Below, piece after piece: positions 50,572 through 59,551 of a stretch of 61,525 nucleotides of DNA (positions are counted from its first letter, which is position 1; each line of letters opens with the position of its first letter). Source of the DNA: Thermoplasmata archaeon (GTDB taxonomy: Archaea > Thermoplasmatota > Thermoplasmata > Lutacidiplasmatales > UBA184); contig JAKAVY010000005.1 of the NCBI GenBank assembly GCA_021827405.1, positions 1 through 61,525 on the forward strand, given 5' to 3'. The notes under the pieces are model-generated. The model did not search any database. It had not been told where the DNA came from and was given only the letters and a program-made list of their open reading frames with translations. Both the position numbers and the translations under genes were made by a program.

Positions 50572-53500
50572 ATGGCTTATCTGACCGACCTCCCGTTCCC
50601 CACCGTGGAGGAGTACTTCTCGCTCCTCAAGCGCGAGGTGGACCGGGCCTACTCGGTGGCGGAGGAGGCGCGCTCCCGGAAGCTCGACCCCAGCGTCCAC
50701 GTGGAGATCCCCCAGGCCGAGGACCTGGCGAGCCGGGTGGAGAAGCTCTTGCTCACCCGCTGGCCGGTGGAGGGGATCGCTCCCCGGATCCGGGCCCTCT
50801 CCAAGGAGATGGCCCGGGAGGAGGTGGCCCTCGCCCTCACCCAGGAGATCGCCCGGGACCCGGGGCGAGGCACCCTCGCCGAGCGGTTGGAGGTCGCCCT
50901 CCGGGTGGGGCTCGCCATCCTCACCGAGGGGATCCTGGTGGCCCCCCTGGAGGGCCTCGCCAAGGTGGAGCTAAGGCCCGCCGCCGAGGGCGGGTACGTG
51001 GACCTCTACTACGCCGGGCCCATCCGCGCCGCCGGCGGGACCGCCCAGGCGCTCTCGGTGCTCATGGCCGATGTGGTCCGCCGGGAGCTCGGGCTGCCCG
51101 CCTACGCCCCCACCCCGGCCGAGGTGGAGCGCTACTGCGAGGAGATCCCGCTCTACAAGCACTGCCAGCACCTGCAGTACGTCCCCTCCAAGGAGGAGAT
51201 CCGCTCGGTGGTCAGCCGCCTCCCGGTCTGCGTGAACGGGGAGTCCACCGAGGGGGACGTGGAGGTGAGCGCCTACCGCAACCTGCCCCGGGTGGAGACC
51301 AACGGCCTTCGGGGGGGAGCCTGCCTGGTCCTGGCGGAGGGCATCTGCCAGAAGGCCCCCAAGCTCCGCAAGACGGTGGAGCGGCTCCACCTCACGGGCT
51401 GGGACTTCCTCGCGGACCTGGGGAAGGGGAAGGCCGTGGATCCCGGGGCCGAGGAGGAGGGCCCCCGGTACCTGGCCGAGGCGGTCGGCGGCCGCCCCGT
51501 GCTCGCTCACCCGAACCGCCCGGGGGGCTTCCGCCTCGTGTACGGCCGGTGCCGGACCACGGGGCTGGCGGCCGCCGGGATGAACCCGGCGACCATGGTC
51601 CTCCTCCGGCACTTCGTGGCGGTCGGGACGCAGGTGAAGACGGAACTGCCTGGGAAGGCCGCCGCCATGGCCCTGTGCGATACGGTGGAGGGCCCGCTGG
51701 TGGTCCTCGACGACGGCTCCTTCGTGGCCGTGAACGACCGCCCCACCGCCGAGGAGCTCCTCCCCCGGGTCCGCCGGGTGGTGGACGTGGGGGAGATCCT
51801 GGTCTCCTTCGGCGAGTTCCTGGAGAACAACAAGCCCCTCTCCCCGGGGGCCTACAGCCTGGCCTGGCACCTGGAGGAGTGCCGGGCCCGGGGGCTTCTC
51901 CCCGGCCCCCGGACCCTGGCCCCCACCTTCGAGGAGGCGCTGGAGGACTCCCGGACCTACGGCCTACCCCTGCACCCCCGCTTCAATCTCTTCTGGCACG
52001 ACCTCACCGGCCCGGAGGTCGCCTCGCTGGCCGACCGGGTCCGAAAGGAGGGACGAGGGGAGGACGGGCTCTCCCTCCCCGCCGACCCCGGGCTCAAGGA
52101 GCGGCTCCTCGTCCTCGGTGCCTTGCACTCGGAGCGGGAGGGGCAACTCATCCTCGCCCCGGCCACGGCCTCGGCGCTGCTCCTCGGCCTCGGGTTGGAG
52201 CATAAGGACGGTTCCCTCGTGGACCGGGCCCCGGCCGGCGGGGTGGCGGCGGACGGGTTGGGCGAGGCCTGCCGGCGCTCCGGCCTCCTCCTCAAGGCCC
52301 GGGCCCCGACCCGGATCGGGGCGAGGGTGGGCCGGCCGGAGAAGGCCAACCGGCGGATGCTCAAGCCCAACGTGCATGCCCTGTACCCGGTGGGCGAGGC
52401 CGGCGGTCCCCAGCGCTCGCTTCGCCTGGCGGCCCGGCCGGAGGTCCCGGAAGAGGTCACCCCCTCCTCCCCGGTGAGGACCTCGGTGACCCTGGGGGTC
52501 CGGCGCTGCGAGGTCTGCGGCCGGGAGACGGTGGACAACCAATGCCCATGCGGCGGGCACACCGCCCCGACCCCCCGGACGGTCCAGCAACGCCTCCCCT
52601 ACCCCGAACGGCTCGACCAGGCGCTCCGGCACCTTAGGCTCCCCGGGCTCTCCCAGGACGTGAAAGGGGTCAAGGGGCTCCTCTCGGAGACGCGGACCCC
52701 CGAGCCCCTGGAGAAGGGGATCCTCCGCGCCCTCCACCAGGTCTCGGTCTACCAGGACGGCACCGCCCGCTTCGACCTCACGGACCTGCCCCTGACCCAC
52801 TTCCGGCCCCGGGAGGCCGGGCTCTCCGTGGAGGAGGCGCACCGCCTGGGGTACGGGACCGACTGGCGGGGACACCCGCTCACCGAGGCCGAACAGCTGG
52901 TGGAGCTCAGGCCGCACGACCTGATCCTCTCCCGGCGGGCGGGGACCTATCTCCTCTCCCTCTCCCGGTTCGTGGACGACGAACTGACCCTCCTCTACGG
53001 GGGGAGGCCGTACTACGGGGCCCGACAGATGGAGGACCTGCTCGGTTCCCTCCTCATCGCCCTCGCCCCCCACACCTCCGGCGGGGTCCTGGGCCGGCTG
53101 GTGGGATTCACCGACGCCGAGGCCTGCCTCGCCCACCCGGTCTTCCATGCGGCCAAGCGCCGGAACTGCGACGGGGATGAGGACTCCGTCACCCTGCTCA
53201 TGGACGGGTTATTGAACTTCTCCCACGCCTACCTGCCCGTCCGGCGCGGGGCCCTCATGGACAAGCCCCTCGTGCTCACCACCCGCCTGGACACCCGGGA
53301 GGTGGACAAGGAGGCGCACAACCTGGACGTGGCGCTCCGCTACCCCCGGGAGCTCTATCAGGCGGCGGAGGAGCGCCGCTCGCCCAAGGAGGTGGAGCGC
53401 CTGGTGGACACCCTGGGGAAGCGACTGGAGGACCCGGAGCGCCAGTGCCGGGACCTGGGGTTCACCCACGATACCTGGGACGTGGCCGGCGGCCCTCTCC

Positions 53501-53982
53501 AGTCGGCGTACCGGGAGGCGCAGGGAATGGAGCGGGCGGTGGAGTCCACGCTGGAACTGGCCGCCCAGATCCGGGCCGTGGACCTGGAGGACGCCGTCAG
53601 CCGGGTCCTCAACCATCACTTCCTGCCGGATATCATGGGGAACCTCAAGGGCTACGCCACCCAGCGCTTCCGCTGCAAGGTCTGCAACGAGAGCTACCGT
53701 CGGCCCCCGCTCGGGGTGCGCTGCACCGCCCGCCGGGGCCGCCGGCCCTGCGGAGGGGAGCTCCTGCCTACCGTCTACCCCCCCAGCGTGACGAAGTACC
53801 TCCCCCTGGCCCGGCGGCTCACCGAACGCTACGGGATCTCCCCCTACCTCAAGCAGCGCCTGGACGTCCTGGAGAGCTCGCTGCGCTCCCTCTTCCCCCC
53901 CGAACCCCTCCGCCCTCCGCCGCTGGAGGAGTACCATCGCCCGGCTCCCCCGGAGCGGGCGCCGGGGGAGAGCGGCAGCTAG
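50572..53982 (+). CDS. polC: DNA polymerase II (PolD) large subunit DP2
   Basis: The 1136-aa product contains YFSLLKREVDRAYSVAEEAR..., LYYAGPIRAAGGTAQA, CQHLQYVP, zinc-finger stretches (CEVCGRETVDNQCPCG and RCKVCNESYRRPP...C) and HPVFHAAKRRNCDGDEDSV. No intein-sized insertion is apparent. Confidence 0.95.
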   Translation: MAYLTDLPFPTVEEYFSLLKREVDRAYSVAEEARSRKLDPSVHVEIPQAEDLASRVEKLLLTRWPVEGIAPRIRALSKEMAREEVALALTQEIARDPGRGTLAERLEVALRVGLAILTEGILVAPLEGLAKVELRPAAEGGYVDLYYAGPIRAAGGTAQALSVLMADVVRRELGLPAYAPTPAEVERYCEEIPLYKHCQHLQYVPSKEEIRSVVSRLPVCVNGESTEGDVEVSAYRNLPRVETNGLRGGACLVLAEGICQKAPKLRKTVERLHLTGWDFLADLGKGKAVDPGAEEEGPRYLAEAVGGRPVLAHPNRPGGFRLVYGRCRTTGLAAAGMNPATMVLLRHFVAVGTQVKTELPGKAAAMALCDTVEGPLVVLDDGSFVAVNDRPTAEELLPRVRRVVDVGEILVSFGEFLENNKPLSPGAYSLAWHLEECRARGLLPGPRTLAPTFEEALEDSRTYGLPLHPRFNLFWHDLTGPEVASLADRVRKEGRGEDGLSLPADPGLKERLLVLGALHSEREGQLILAPATASALLLGLGLEHKDGSLVDRAPAGGVAADGLGEACRRSGLLLKARAPTRIGARVGRPEKANRRMLKPNVHALYPVGEAGGPQRSLRLAARPEVPEEVTPSSPVRTSVTLGVRRCEVCGRETVDNQCPCGGHTAPTPRTVQQRLPYPERLDQALRHLRLPGLSQDVKGVKGLLSETRTPEPLEKGILRALHQVSVYQDGTARFDLTDLPLTHFRPREAGLSVEEAHRLGYGTDWRGHPLTEAEQLVELRPHDLILSRRAGTYLLSLSRFVDDELTLLYGGRPYYGARQMEDLLGSLLIALAPHTSGGVLGRLVGFTDAEACLAHPVFHAAKRRNCDGDEDSVTLLMDGLLNFSHAYLPVRRGALMDKPLVLTTRLDTREVDKEAHNLDVALRYPRELYQAAEERRSPKEVERLVDTLGKRLEDPERQCRDLGFTHDTWDVAGGPLQSAYREAQGMERAVESTLELAAQIRAVDLEDAVSRVLNHHFLPDIMGNLKGYATQRFRCKVCNESYRRPPLGVRCTARRGRRPCGGELLPTVYPPSVTKYLPLARRLTERYGISPYLKQRLDVLESSLRSLFPPEPLRPPPLEEYHRPAPPERAPGESGS

Positions 53983-54008
53983 AAGAGTCCAGACCCCTCC
54001 CCCCGGAT

Positions 54009-54118
54009 GGGCTCGTGGGGTAGTTTGGACTATCCTGATGGCCTTCGGAGCCATCGACCCGGGTTCGAATCCCAGAGGCGTCCGGGCCTCTCGGGCGGAA
54101 CTCCCGGCGAGCCCGCCA
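54009..54118 (+). tRNA. tRNA-Arg (anticodon UCG) with a ~32-nt non-canonical intron in the T-arm and a genomically encoded CCA
   Basis: The acceptor GGGCUCG (54009-54015) pairs perfectly with CGAGCCC (54108-54114). The D-arm contains A14, G18G19 and A21. The anticodon stem is AUGGC/GCCAU with loop CUUCGGA. The T-stem strand CCGGG (54059-54063) and loop UUCGAAU are completed by CCCGG only if 54071-54102 is removed (offset ambiguous by up to 3 nt). Discriminator G and CCA lie at 54115-54118. Confidence 0.8.
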
Positions 54119-54156
54119 ATCCTTTGGCCCAGGGACCCCGGGCCCGGTCCCTCGCC

Positions 54157-54783
54157 CTAGGGGGGAGGAGCGGTCCGTCCGGGACCGTCCCGCTCCGATG
54201 GGAGCGGGGAGCCCCGGCCCGGCCCGGGGGGGGAGGCCCCGGGCGGGGTCTTGAGCACCTCCGCGTAGCGGAGCTCGATCCCCGCCAGCCGGCCCAGGAG
54301 GAACCCGGTGCTCAGGGAGAGGAGGGTGTCCACCACGAGGAGGATGCCCTCCGTGAGCGGGCTCAGCGACGGGGCCGCGCTGACCGGCCCGAAGGACAGG
54401 AAGGAGGGGAAGTAGACGAACTCCAGGGCGATCCGGACCGCGTAGAGGGCCACGTAGAGCACCGCCGCCTGCATCCCGATCCGGAACATCCAGGTCCCCG
54501 TCGGGCCCTGGTAGATCTCCACCCGCTCCCGGGTGAACCCGGTGAAGACCACGGCCCCCACGACCACCACCCCCAGGTCCAGCGGGACCGTCCAGAAGGG
54601 GAGGATCAGGTAGGTGAGCAGGAGTTGGACGAGCAGGAGGACCACGTAGAGGCCGGCGGAGGCCCAGAGCCGGCCCCGGGAGAGGCGGGTACCGTGGGCC
54701 GTGCGGTACGCCCGGCGCAGGACCAGGCCCAGGAAGATCACCAGGACCAGGAGCGTGGAGGTGAGCCCGGAGGGGGCGGACAC
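54157..54783 (-). CDS. Integral membrane protein (hypothetical, 5-6 TM)
   Basis: Helices read LTSTLLVLVIFLGLVL, LYVVLLLVQLLLTYLILPFW, LGVVVVGAVVFTGF, AAVLYVALYAVRIALEFVYF and ILLVVDTLLSLSTGFLLG. The word cttaacta lies about 29 nt upstream of the ATG. Confidence 0.6.
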   Translation of the reverse strand: MSAPSGLTSTLLVLVIFLGLVLRRAYRTAHGTRLSRGRLWASAGLYVVLLLVQLLLTYLILPFWTVPLDLGVVVVGAVVFTGFTRERVEIYQGPTGTWMFRIGMQAAVLYVALYAVRIALEFVYFPSFLSFGPVSAAPSLSPLTEGILLVVDTLLSLSTGFLLGRLAGIELRYAEVLKTPPGASPPGPGRGSPLPSERDGPGRTAPPP

Positions 54784-54846
54784 AGGGGCGGCACCAGGGT
54801 CCGGTAGTTAAGCCCGTGTGCGGGCGGAGCCACCGGGTCCCGATGC

Positions 54847-55146
54847 CTACCCGAAGTAGATGGGGTTGGCCTCCGGGGCCTTCTTCTCTTCCTCAGGCGT
54901 GGCGTGGTGGAGGATCTCCACCGAGAGGAGCACGGCGGAGGGGATGAGCCGGATGCGGCCCTTCGCCTCGGAGCCGGCGGAATCGTCGAGCTCGATGGCC
55001 ATGGCCTGGTCTCCGCCTCCGAGGCTCACGTAGCCCCGGAACGTCCCCCGGGTCACCAGGGGGTCCTCCCCCTTGTCCCCGGACCGGAGGACCACCGTGG
55101 AGCCCGTCGTGAGGGAGATGCCGGTGCGTTTCTTGTCCTCCGCCAT
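54847..55146 (-). CDS. Hypothetical small soluble protein
   Basis: The 99-aa product has non-shadow composition (MAEDKKRTGISLTTGSTVVLRSGDKGEDPLVTRGTFRGYVSLGGGDQAMAIELDD...). I recognise no family. Confidence 0.5.
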   Translation of the reverse strand: MAEDKKRTGISLTTGSTVVLRSGDKGEDPLVTRGTFRGYVSLGGGDQAMAIELDDSAGSEAKGRIRLIPSAVLLSVEILHHATPEEEKKAPEANPIYFG

Positions 55147-55216
55147 GGTGGGGTGCCTTTCCTTCCCGCCAGCACGCCGGACCCTATAGCCTTCGCCCCG
55201 GAGCGGCGCTCCCCCC

Positions 55217-55717
55217 TCACCGGGGGGGCGGCGGCGCGGAGGCCCCCCGCGGCTCGGGGTCCTTGGGCGATCGCCCCGACCGGCGCTCCTCCTCCAGCAG
55301 CCCCTGGAGATGGTCCACCGTCTCCCGGTAGCGTTTGAGCGCGTTCTGGGCGTTTGCCTCCACGAAGTCCCACGCCCGGGACAGGTTGCCGTAGCGCAAC
55401 CGGTAGCCCTTGCGGCCCCGCGCCGACTCCCGGGCCTCGGAGACCTCCTCGAGCAGGTCCAGCGTCTTCAGCTTGTTCAGGTGTCGGTAGAGCGTGGGCT
55501 TGCTGGTCTTCAAGACGGCGAGGAGCTCCTCCGCGTACCACAGCCGCTCCGGGTTGCGCAGCAGGCAGTGACGGACCAGCCGGTAGGCCACGGAGCGCTC
55601 CGGTGGCTCTCCTTCGGGAAGGTACCCCAACTGGACCAGGAACTCCTTGAGCACCGGGTCCACCTCGCGTAACGGGGTCAGCGGCGTGCTGTAGCGGACC
55701 TGGAGCTCGAAAGGCAC
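55217..55717 (-). CDS. Winged-helix (ArsR/TrmB-like) transcriptional regulator, divergent from the Mo-hydroxylase operon
   Basis: The product reads YAEELLAVLKTSKPTLYRHLNKLKTLDLLEEVSEARESARGRKGYRLRY. The ORF extends to ATG 55885, but those 56 aa are R/P/G-rich shadow-like sequence. An in-frame GTG lies at 55717 (VPFELQV...). Confidence 0.65.
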   Translation of the reverse strand: MPFELQVRYSTPLTPLREVDPVLKEFLVQLGYLPEGEPPERSVAYRLVRHCLLRNPERLWYAEELLAVLKTSKPTLYRHLNKLKTLDLLEEVSEARESARGRKGYRLRYGNLSRAWDFVEANAQNALKRYRETVDHLQGLLEEERRSGRSPKDPEPRGASAPPPPR

Positions 55718-55926
55718 GGACCGGGCCGGGCACCACCGGCACGCTCTTGAGCCCTTCCTGCGGGGCCTCCTCCCCCGGCCCGGTCCCCTCCCCTCGCCCC
55801 GCCTCGGCCCGACCGGCGCTCCGACCCCGGGAAGGGACCTCCTCACCGGGGGAGACCGGGACCGGGAGGGCCACGCCCTGCGCACCCGAAAGGGGGTTGT
55901 ATGCCCCCGGTCTTGCGGCCCCTCTC

Positions 55927-56793
55927 ATGGCCTATGCGCTCCACTTCCCCCGATCCTTCGAGGAGGCCTTCCGGCTGTTGGACCCGCAGGGTCAGCCGCC
56001 GGCGCTCCCCCTCGCCGGCGGGACGGACCTTCTCCCCGCCGTGGAGGCCGGCCGCTGGCACCCCGGCGCCCTGGTGAGCCTCTCCCGCCTCCCCTTGGCC
56101 ACCTTCGAGCGGGCCGGGGACGAGGTGCTCATCGGTGGGACCCTTCCCCTCCGCCGACTGGAGCGGGAACCGGCCATCGGTGAGCTTTTGCCCGGGTTCG
56201 CCGAAGCCCTCCGGGAGGTGGGGAGCGTCCCCCTCCGGCACCGGGCGACCCTGGGCGGGAACGTGGTCCGGGCCTCCCCCGCCTCCGACCTCCTCCCTCC
56301 TCTTCTCGCCCTGGAGGCCTCGCTGGACCTCCGCTCCCAGCACGGGCGGCGCCGCGTCGCCCTGGTGGACTTCCTTCGGGGCTCCTGGGAGACCACCCTT
56401 CAGCGGGGAGAGCTGGTGGAGCGGATCCGGGTCCCGGTCCCCCGGCCGGGCAGCTACCGCTGGCAGCGGGTGCGGCCCGCCAACGACATCTCCCAGGTCG
56501 GGGTGGCCACCGCGCTGGTGACCTCGGACGCTCGGTCCCCCTGGAGGATCGCGGCCGGAGGGATGGAGTCCCATCCCCAGCGGCTCTCCGGGGCGGAGGC
56601 CGCCCTTCCCCAGGAGGACCCGTCCCCGGGGGAGATCGAGGAGGCCGTCCATCGCGCCAGGGAAGGGACCCGCTTGAAGGACGACCGCCGGGCCGGGGAG
56701 GAGTACCGGCGCCACCTCTTGGGCGTGCTCCTGCGCCGGTCCATCACCAGCACCGTCGAACGCGCCCGGTCCATGAAGGGGAGGAGGACATGA
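55927..56793 (+). CDS. Molybdenum hydroxylase FAD-binding (medium, CoxM/XdhB-like) subunit
   Basis: The product reads MAYALHFPRSFEEAFRLL...LAGGTDLLP...ATLGGNVVRASPASDLLPPLLAL...DDRRAGEEYRRHL. I chose the internal ATG at 55927. Confidence 0.85.
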   Translation: MAYALHFPRSFEEAFRLLDPQGQPPALPLAGGTDLLPAVEAGRWHPGALVSLSRLPLATFERAGDEVLIGGTLPLRRLEREPAIGELLPGFAEALREVGSVPLRHRATLGGNVVRASPASDLLPPLLALEASLDLRSQHGRRRVALVDFLRGSWETTLQRGELVERIRVPVPRPGSYRWQRVRPANDISQVGVATALVTSDARSPWRIAAGGMESHPQRLSGAEAALPQEDPSPGEIEEAVHRAREGTRLKDDRRAGEEYRRHLLGVLLRRSITSTVERARSMKGRRT

Positions 56794-57323
56794 CCGGGGA
56801 GCCCCCCCTGACGCTCCGGGTGAACGGGGAGGAGCGGACCGTGCCGGAGGTCGCGGCCGACACCCGCCTCCTCGACCTCTTGCGCTGGCGCTTGGGGCTC
56901 AAAGGAACGAAGGAGGGGTGCCGGACCGGGGGATGCGGGGCCTGCACCGTCCTGGTGAACGGGGAGAGCGTCCTCAGTTGCCTCACCCTCGCGCGGGAGA
57001 TGGAGCGCCAGGAGGTCACCACCGTGGAAGGCCTCACCGGAACGCCCGAGGCGGAGGCGGTCCAGCAGGCCTTCGCCGAGGCCGGTGCGGTCCAGTGCGG
57101 CTACTGCACCCCCGGGTTCGTCCTCGCCCTGGTGAGCCTGCGGAGGGAGCACGGGGCGAGCCCACCGGACCTGCCCACCCTGGCCAACGAGCTGGGGGGG
57201 AACCTCTGCCGTTGCACGGGCTACTACGCCATCGTCCGGGCCCTCGCGGACCTGCTCGGGGTCCCGGTGACGTCGGAGCTGCCGAAGAGCACCTTCACGG
57301 TGGAACCGGGGGGCTCCCCGTGA
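56790..57323 (+). CDS. Molybdenum hydroxylase [2Fe-2S] (small, CoxS/XdhC-type) subunit
   Basis: The product reads LRVNGEER...GLKGTKEGCRTGGCGACTVLVNGESVLSCL...VTTVEGL...AVQCGYCTPGFV...NLCRCTGY. An ATGA overlap joins it to the upstream gene, and the SD-like word ggaggagga lies at 56780-56788. Confidence 0.9.
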   Translation: MTGEPPLTLRVNGEERTVPEVAADTRLLDLLRWRLGLKGTKEGCRTGGCGACTVLVNGESVLSCLTLAREMERQEVTTVEGLTGTPEAEAVQQAFAEAGAVQCGYCTPGFVLALVSLRREHGASPPDLPTLANELGGNLCRCTGYYAIVRALADLLGVPVTSELPKSTFTVEPGGSP

Positions 57324-59551
57324 TCCGGACCGACGCCCTCCCCAAGGCCCGGGGGGCGCTCCCCTACGCGCCGGACGTGGAGCTGCCGGGGATGCTATGG
57401 GCGGTGTACGTCACCTCCCCCCACCCCCACGCGGAGATCCGGCGCGTGGACACCGCCGGGGCGCGGGAGGTGCCGGGGGTGGTCGACGTGCTCACGGCGG
57501 AGGACCTTCCCGGCCTTCTCCCGAGGGAGCCGGAACCCACCCGCCCGTTGCTCGCCACGAAGGTCACCCGGTTCGTCGGGGAACCGGTGGCCCTGGTCGC
57601 CGCCGAGAACCTACCGGCGGCCCGGGCGGGGGCCTCCCGGGTCCAGGTGGACTACCGGGTCCTCCCCGCCTTCACGGACCTGGAGCGGGAGTTCCCGCAC
57701 TGGCCCACCCCTGAGGAGATGCGAAGCCATCCCCAGGTGAACGCCCACGTCCACGCCCGGCGGGGGGACTTCGATCAGGTGGCGCACCGGGCCGATCACG
57801 TCCACCGGGAGCGCTACCAGACCGCCATGGTCGCCCAGGTCCCCCTGGAGCCCCATGCCTGCCTCGCCCGGGTCCAGGGGGACGACTGGTACGTCCTCAC
57901 CACCACCCAGGCCCCCTTCGGCATCCGGGAGGACCTGGCGGACAAGCTGGGGCTCCCCCAGGAGAAGGTCCGGGTGGAGGGAACGTGGGTGGGAGGGGGG
58001 TTCGGGGGAAAGAACGAGGCGTTGCTGGAACCGCACGCCCTGCTGCTCTCCCGGCGGACCGGCCGCCCCGTCCGGATCGCGCTCACCTTCCAAGAGGAGT
58101 TCCTCTTCTCCCGGACGACCCAGCCGGCGATCTTCTGGATGGAGAGCTGTCTCAAGGACGGGAAGCTGGTGGCCCGGAGGACCCGGCTCCTCCTGGACAC
58201 CGGGGCCTCCCTGCCCGGCCGGGACTTCGCCTTGGGCTACAGCTTGGGGTTCACGCTGGGCCCGTACCGGCTGGAATCCTTCGAGCTCGAGGGGTACGCC
58301 TTACGGACCCACCGTCCCCCCTTCGGCCCCCACCGGGCCCCCCTGGCCCCCCAGTGCACCTTCGCCTCCGAAGGCCACCTGGACTCCCTGGCCCGGGACC
58401 GGGGGGAAGACCCGGTCGAGTTCCGGCTCCGGCACGTCTGGAGACCGGGGGACCGCACGGCCCTGGGCCAGCCGGTCGGCCCGTTCGCGGCCGAGGCCGG
58501 GCTCCGACGGGCCCGGGAGACGGCCCGGGCCTGGAAGGCCTCCGCTCCGCCCGGCCACGGCGTGGGCGTGGCGTTGGGGTTCTGGTCCACCGGCACCGGG
58601 GCCGGCGGGGAGGCCCGGTTGACCCTCTCCCCCGAGGGCCTGGTGCTGCTCCAGGGGGAGCGGGAGATCGGCAACGGGTCCATCTGGCAGGGCCTCCCGG
58701 AAGTGGTGGCCGCGACGCTGGGGGTCCCTCCTGCGATCGTGTCGGTCCGCTACGGGGACACCGCGCACGCCCCCTTCGACAGCGGGGTCTGGGGGAGCCG
58801 GACCACGGCCGCCCTCGGCTATGCCGTGGCGAAGGCGGCCGAGGGGCTCCGCCGGGAGCTCGAGCGGCGGGCGCCCGGGTCCGGCCCGGTGAGCTTCACC
58901 GCCCGGGACGGGGCGCTCACGGTGGCCCGGGAGGGCCGCTCCTACCCGGCCACCGACCTTATGACCCCGGAGGAAAGGGCGGAAGGGGGCCTCCGCGTGG
59001 AAGCGAAGCACTACGGGAAGAACGAGGGTACCCTGGAGGAGGGTCTGGTGCTGGAGGGAGAGATGTTCCCGTACTCGGACCTCATCGCCAGCGTGCACGT
59101 GGCCGAGGTCTCGGTGGACCGGGAGACCGGCGCGGTCAAGGTCCTGCGCTACGCCGCCTTCCAGGACGCCGGGAAGGTGGTGAACCCCCCGGGCTACCGG
59201 GGCCAGGTGGAGGGCGCCATCGTCATGGGGCTGGGGACGGCCCTCACCGAGGAGGGCCTGCTCGATCCCGAGGGCCACCTGGCGAACCCGGGGCTGTTGG
59301 ACTACCGGATCCCGACCCTCTCCGACCCGCCCCCGGAGCTCACCATCGTGGCCTTGGAGGGCTCCTTGGGCTCGGGCGTCTGGGGGAGCAAGGGGGTGGG
59401 GGAACCCCCCATCATCCCGGTGCCGGCGGCCGTGGCCAACGCCGTGGCGGACGCCACGGGGGCCCGGGTCACGGTCCTCCCGTTGACGCCGGAGCGGGTC
59501 TCCCAGGCGCTGCGAGGCGGGGCCCGGGACCCGGGAGGAGGGCGTCGTTGA
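57320..59551 (+). CDS. Molybdenum hydroxylase molybdopterin-binding (large) subunit, xanthine dehydrogenase/aldehyde oxidase family
   Basis: The product reads ALPKARGALPYAPDVELPGMLWAVYVTSPHPHAEI...VGEPVALVAAE...HACLA...GGGFGGKNE...HRAPLAPQCTFASEGHLD...GSRTTA...GQVEGAIVMGLG...SKGVGEPP. The CO-dehydrogenase active-site loop is not seen. The GTG start forms a GTGA overlap with the small subunit gene. Confidence 0.88.
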   Translation: MIRTDALPKARGALPYAPDVELPGMLWAVYVTSPHPHAEIRRVDTAGAREVPGVVDVLTAEDLPGLLPREPEPTRPLLATKVTRFVGEPVALVAAENLPAARAGASRVQVDYRVLPAFTDLEREFPHWPTPEEMRSHPQVNAHVHARRGDFDQVAHRADHVHRERYQTAMVAQVPLEPHACLARVQGDDWYVLTTTQAPFGIREDLADKLGLPQEKVRVEGTWVGGGFGGKNEALLEPHALLLSRRTGRPVRIALTFQEEFLFSRTTQPAIFWMESCLKDGKLVARRTRLLLDTGASLPGRDFALGYSLGFTLGPYRLESFELEGYALRTHRPPFGPHRAPLAPQCTFASEGHLDSLARDRGEDPVEFRLRHVWRPGDRTALGQPVGPFAAEAGLRRARETARAWKASAPPGHGVGVALGFWSTGTGAGGEARLTLSPEGLVLLQGEREIGNGSIWQGLPEVVAATLGVPPAIVSVRYGDTAHAPFDSGVWGSRTTAALGYAVAKAAEGLRRELERRAPGSGPVSFTARDGALTVAREGRSYPATDLMTPEERAEGGLRVEAKHYGKNEGTLEEGLVLEGEMFPYSDLIASVHVAEVSVDRETGAVKVLRYAAFQDAGKVVNPPGYRGQVEGAIVMGLGTALTEEGLLDPEGHLANPGLLDYRIPTLSDPPPELTIVALEGSLGSGVWGSKGVGEPPIIPVPAAVANAVADATGARVTVLPLTPERVSQALRGGARDPGGGRR

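Noticed and set aside
54059-54090. tRNA pseudogene with a broken T-stem and acceptor stem
   Set aside because: My first reading gave a C-A mismatch in the T-stem and no acceptor complement. The perfect 3' half at 54103-54118 shows that the gene is interrupted rather than decayed.
57320-59551. Calling the three-subunit Mo enzyme an aerobic CO dehydrogenase (coxMSL)
   Set aside because: I could not find the form I or form II CODH active-site loop motifs in the large subunit. The HRAPLAPQ...FASE region looks like the generic xanthine dehydrogenase/aldehyde oxidoreductase family, so only the family is called.
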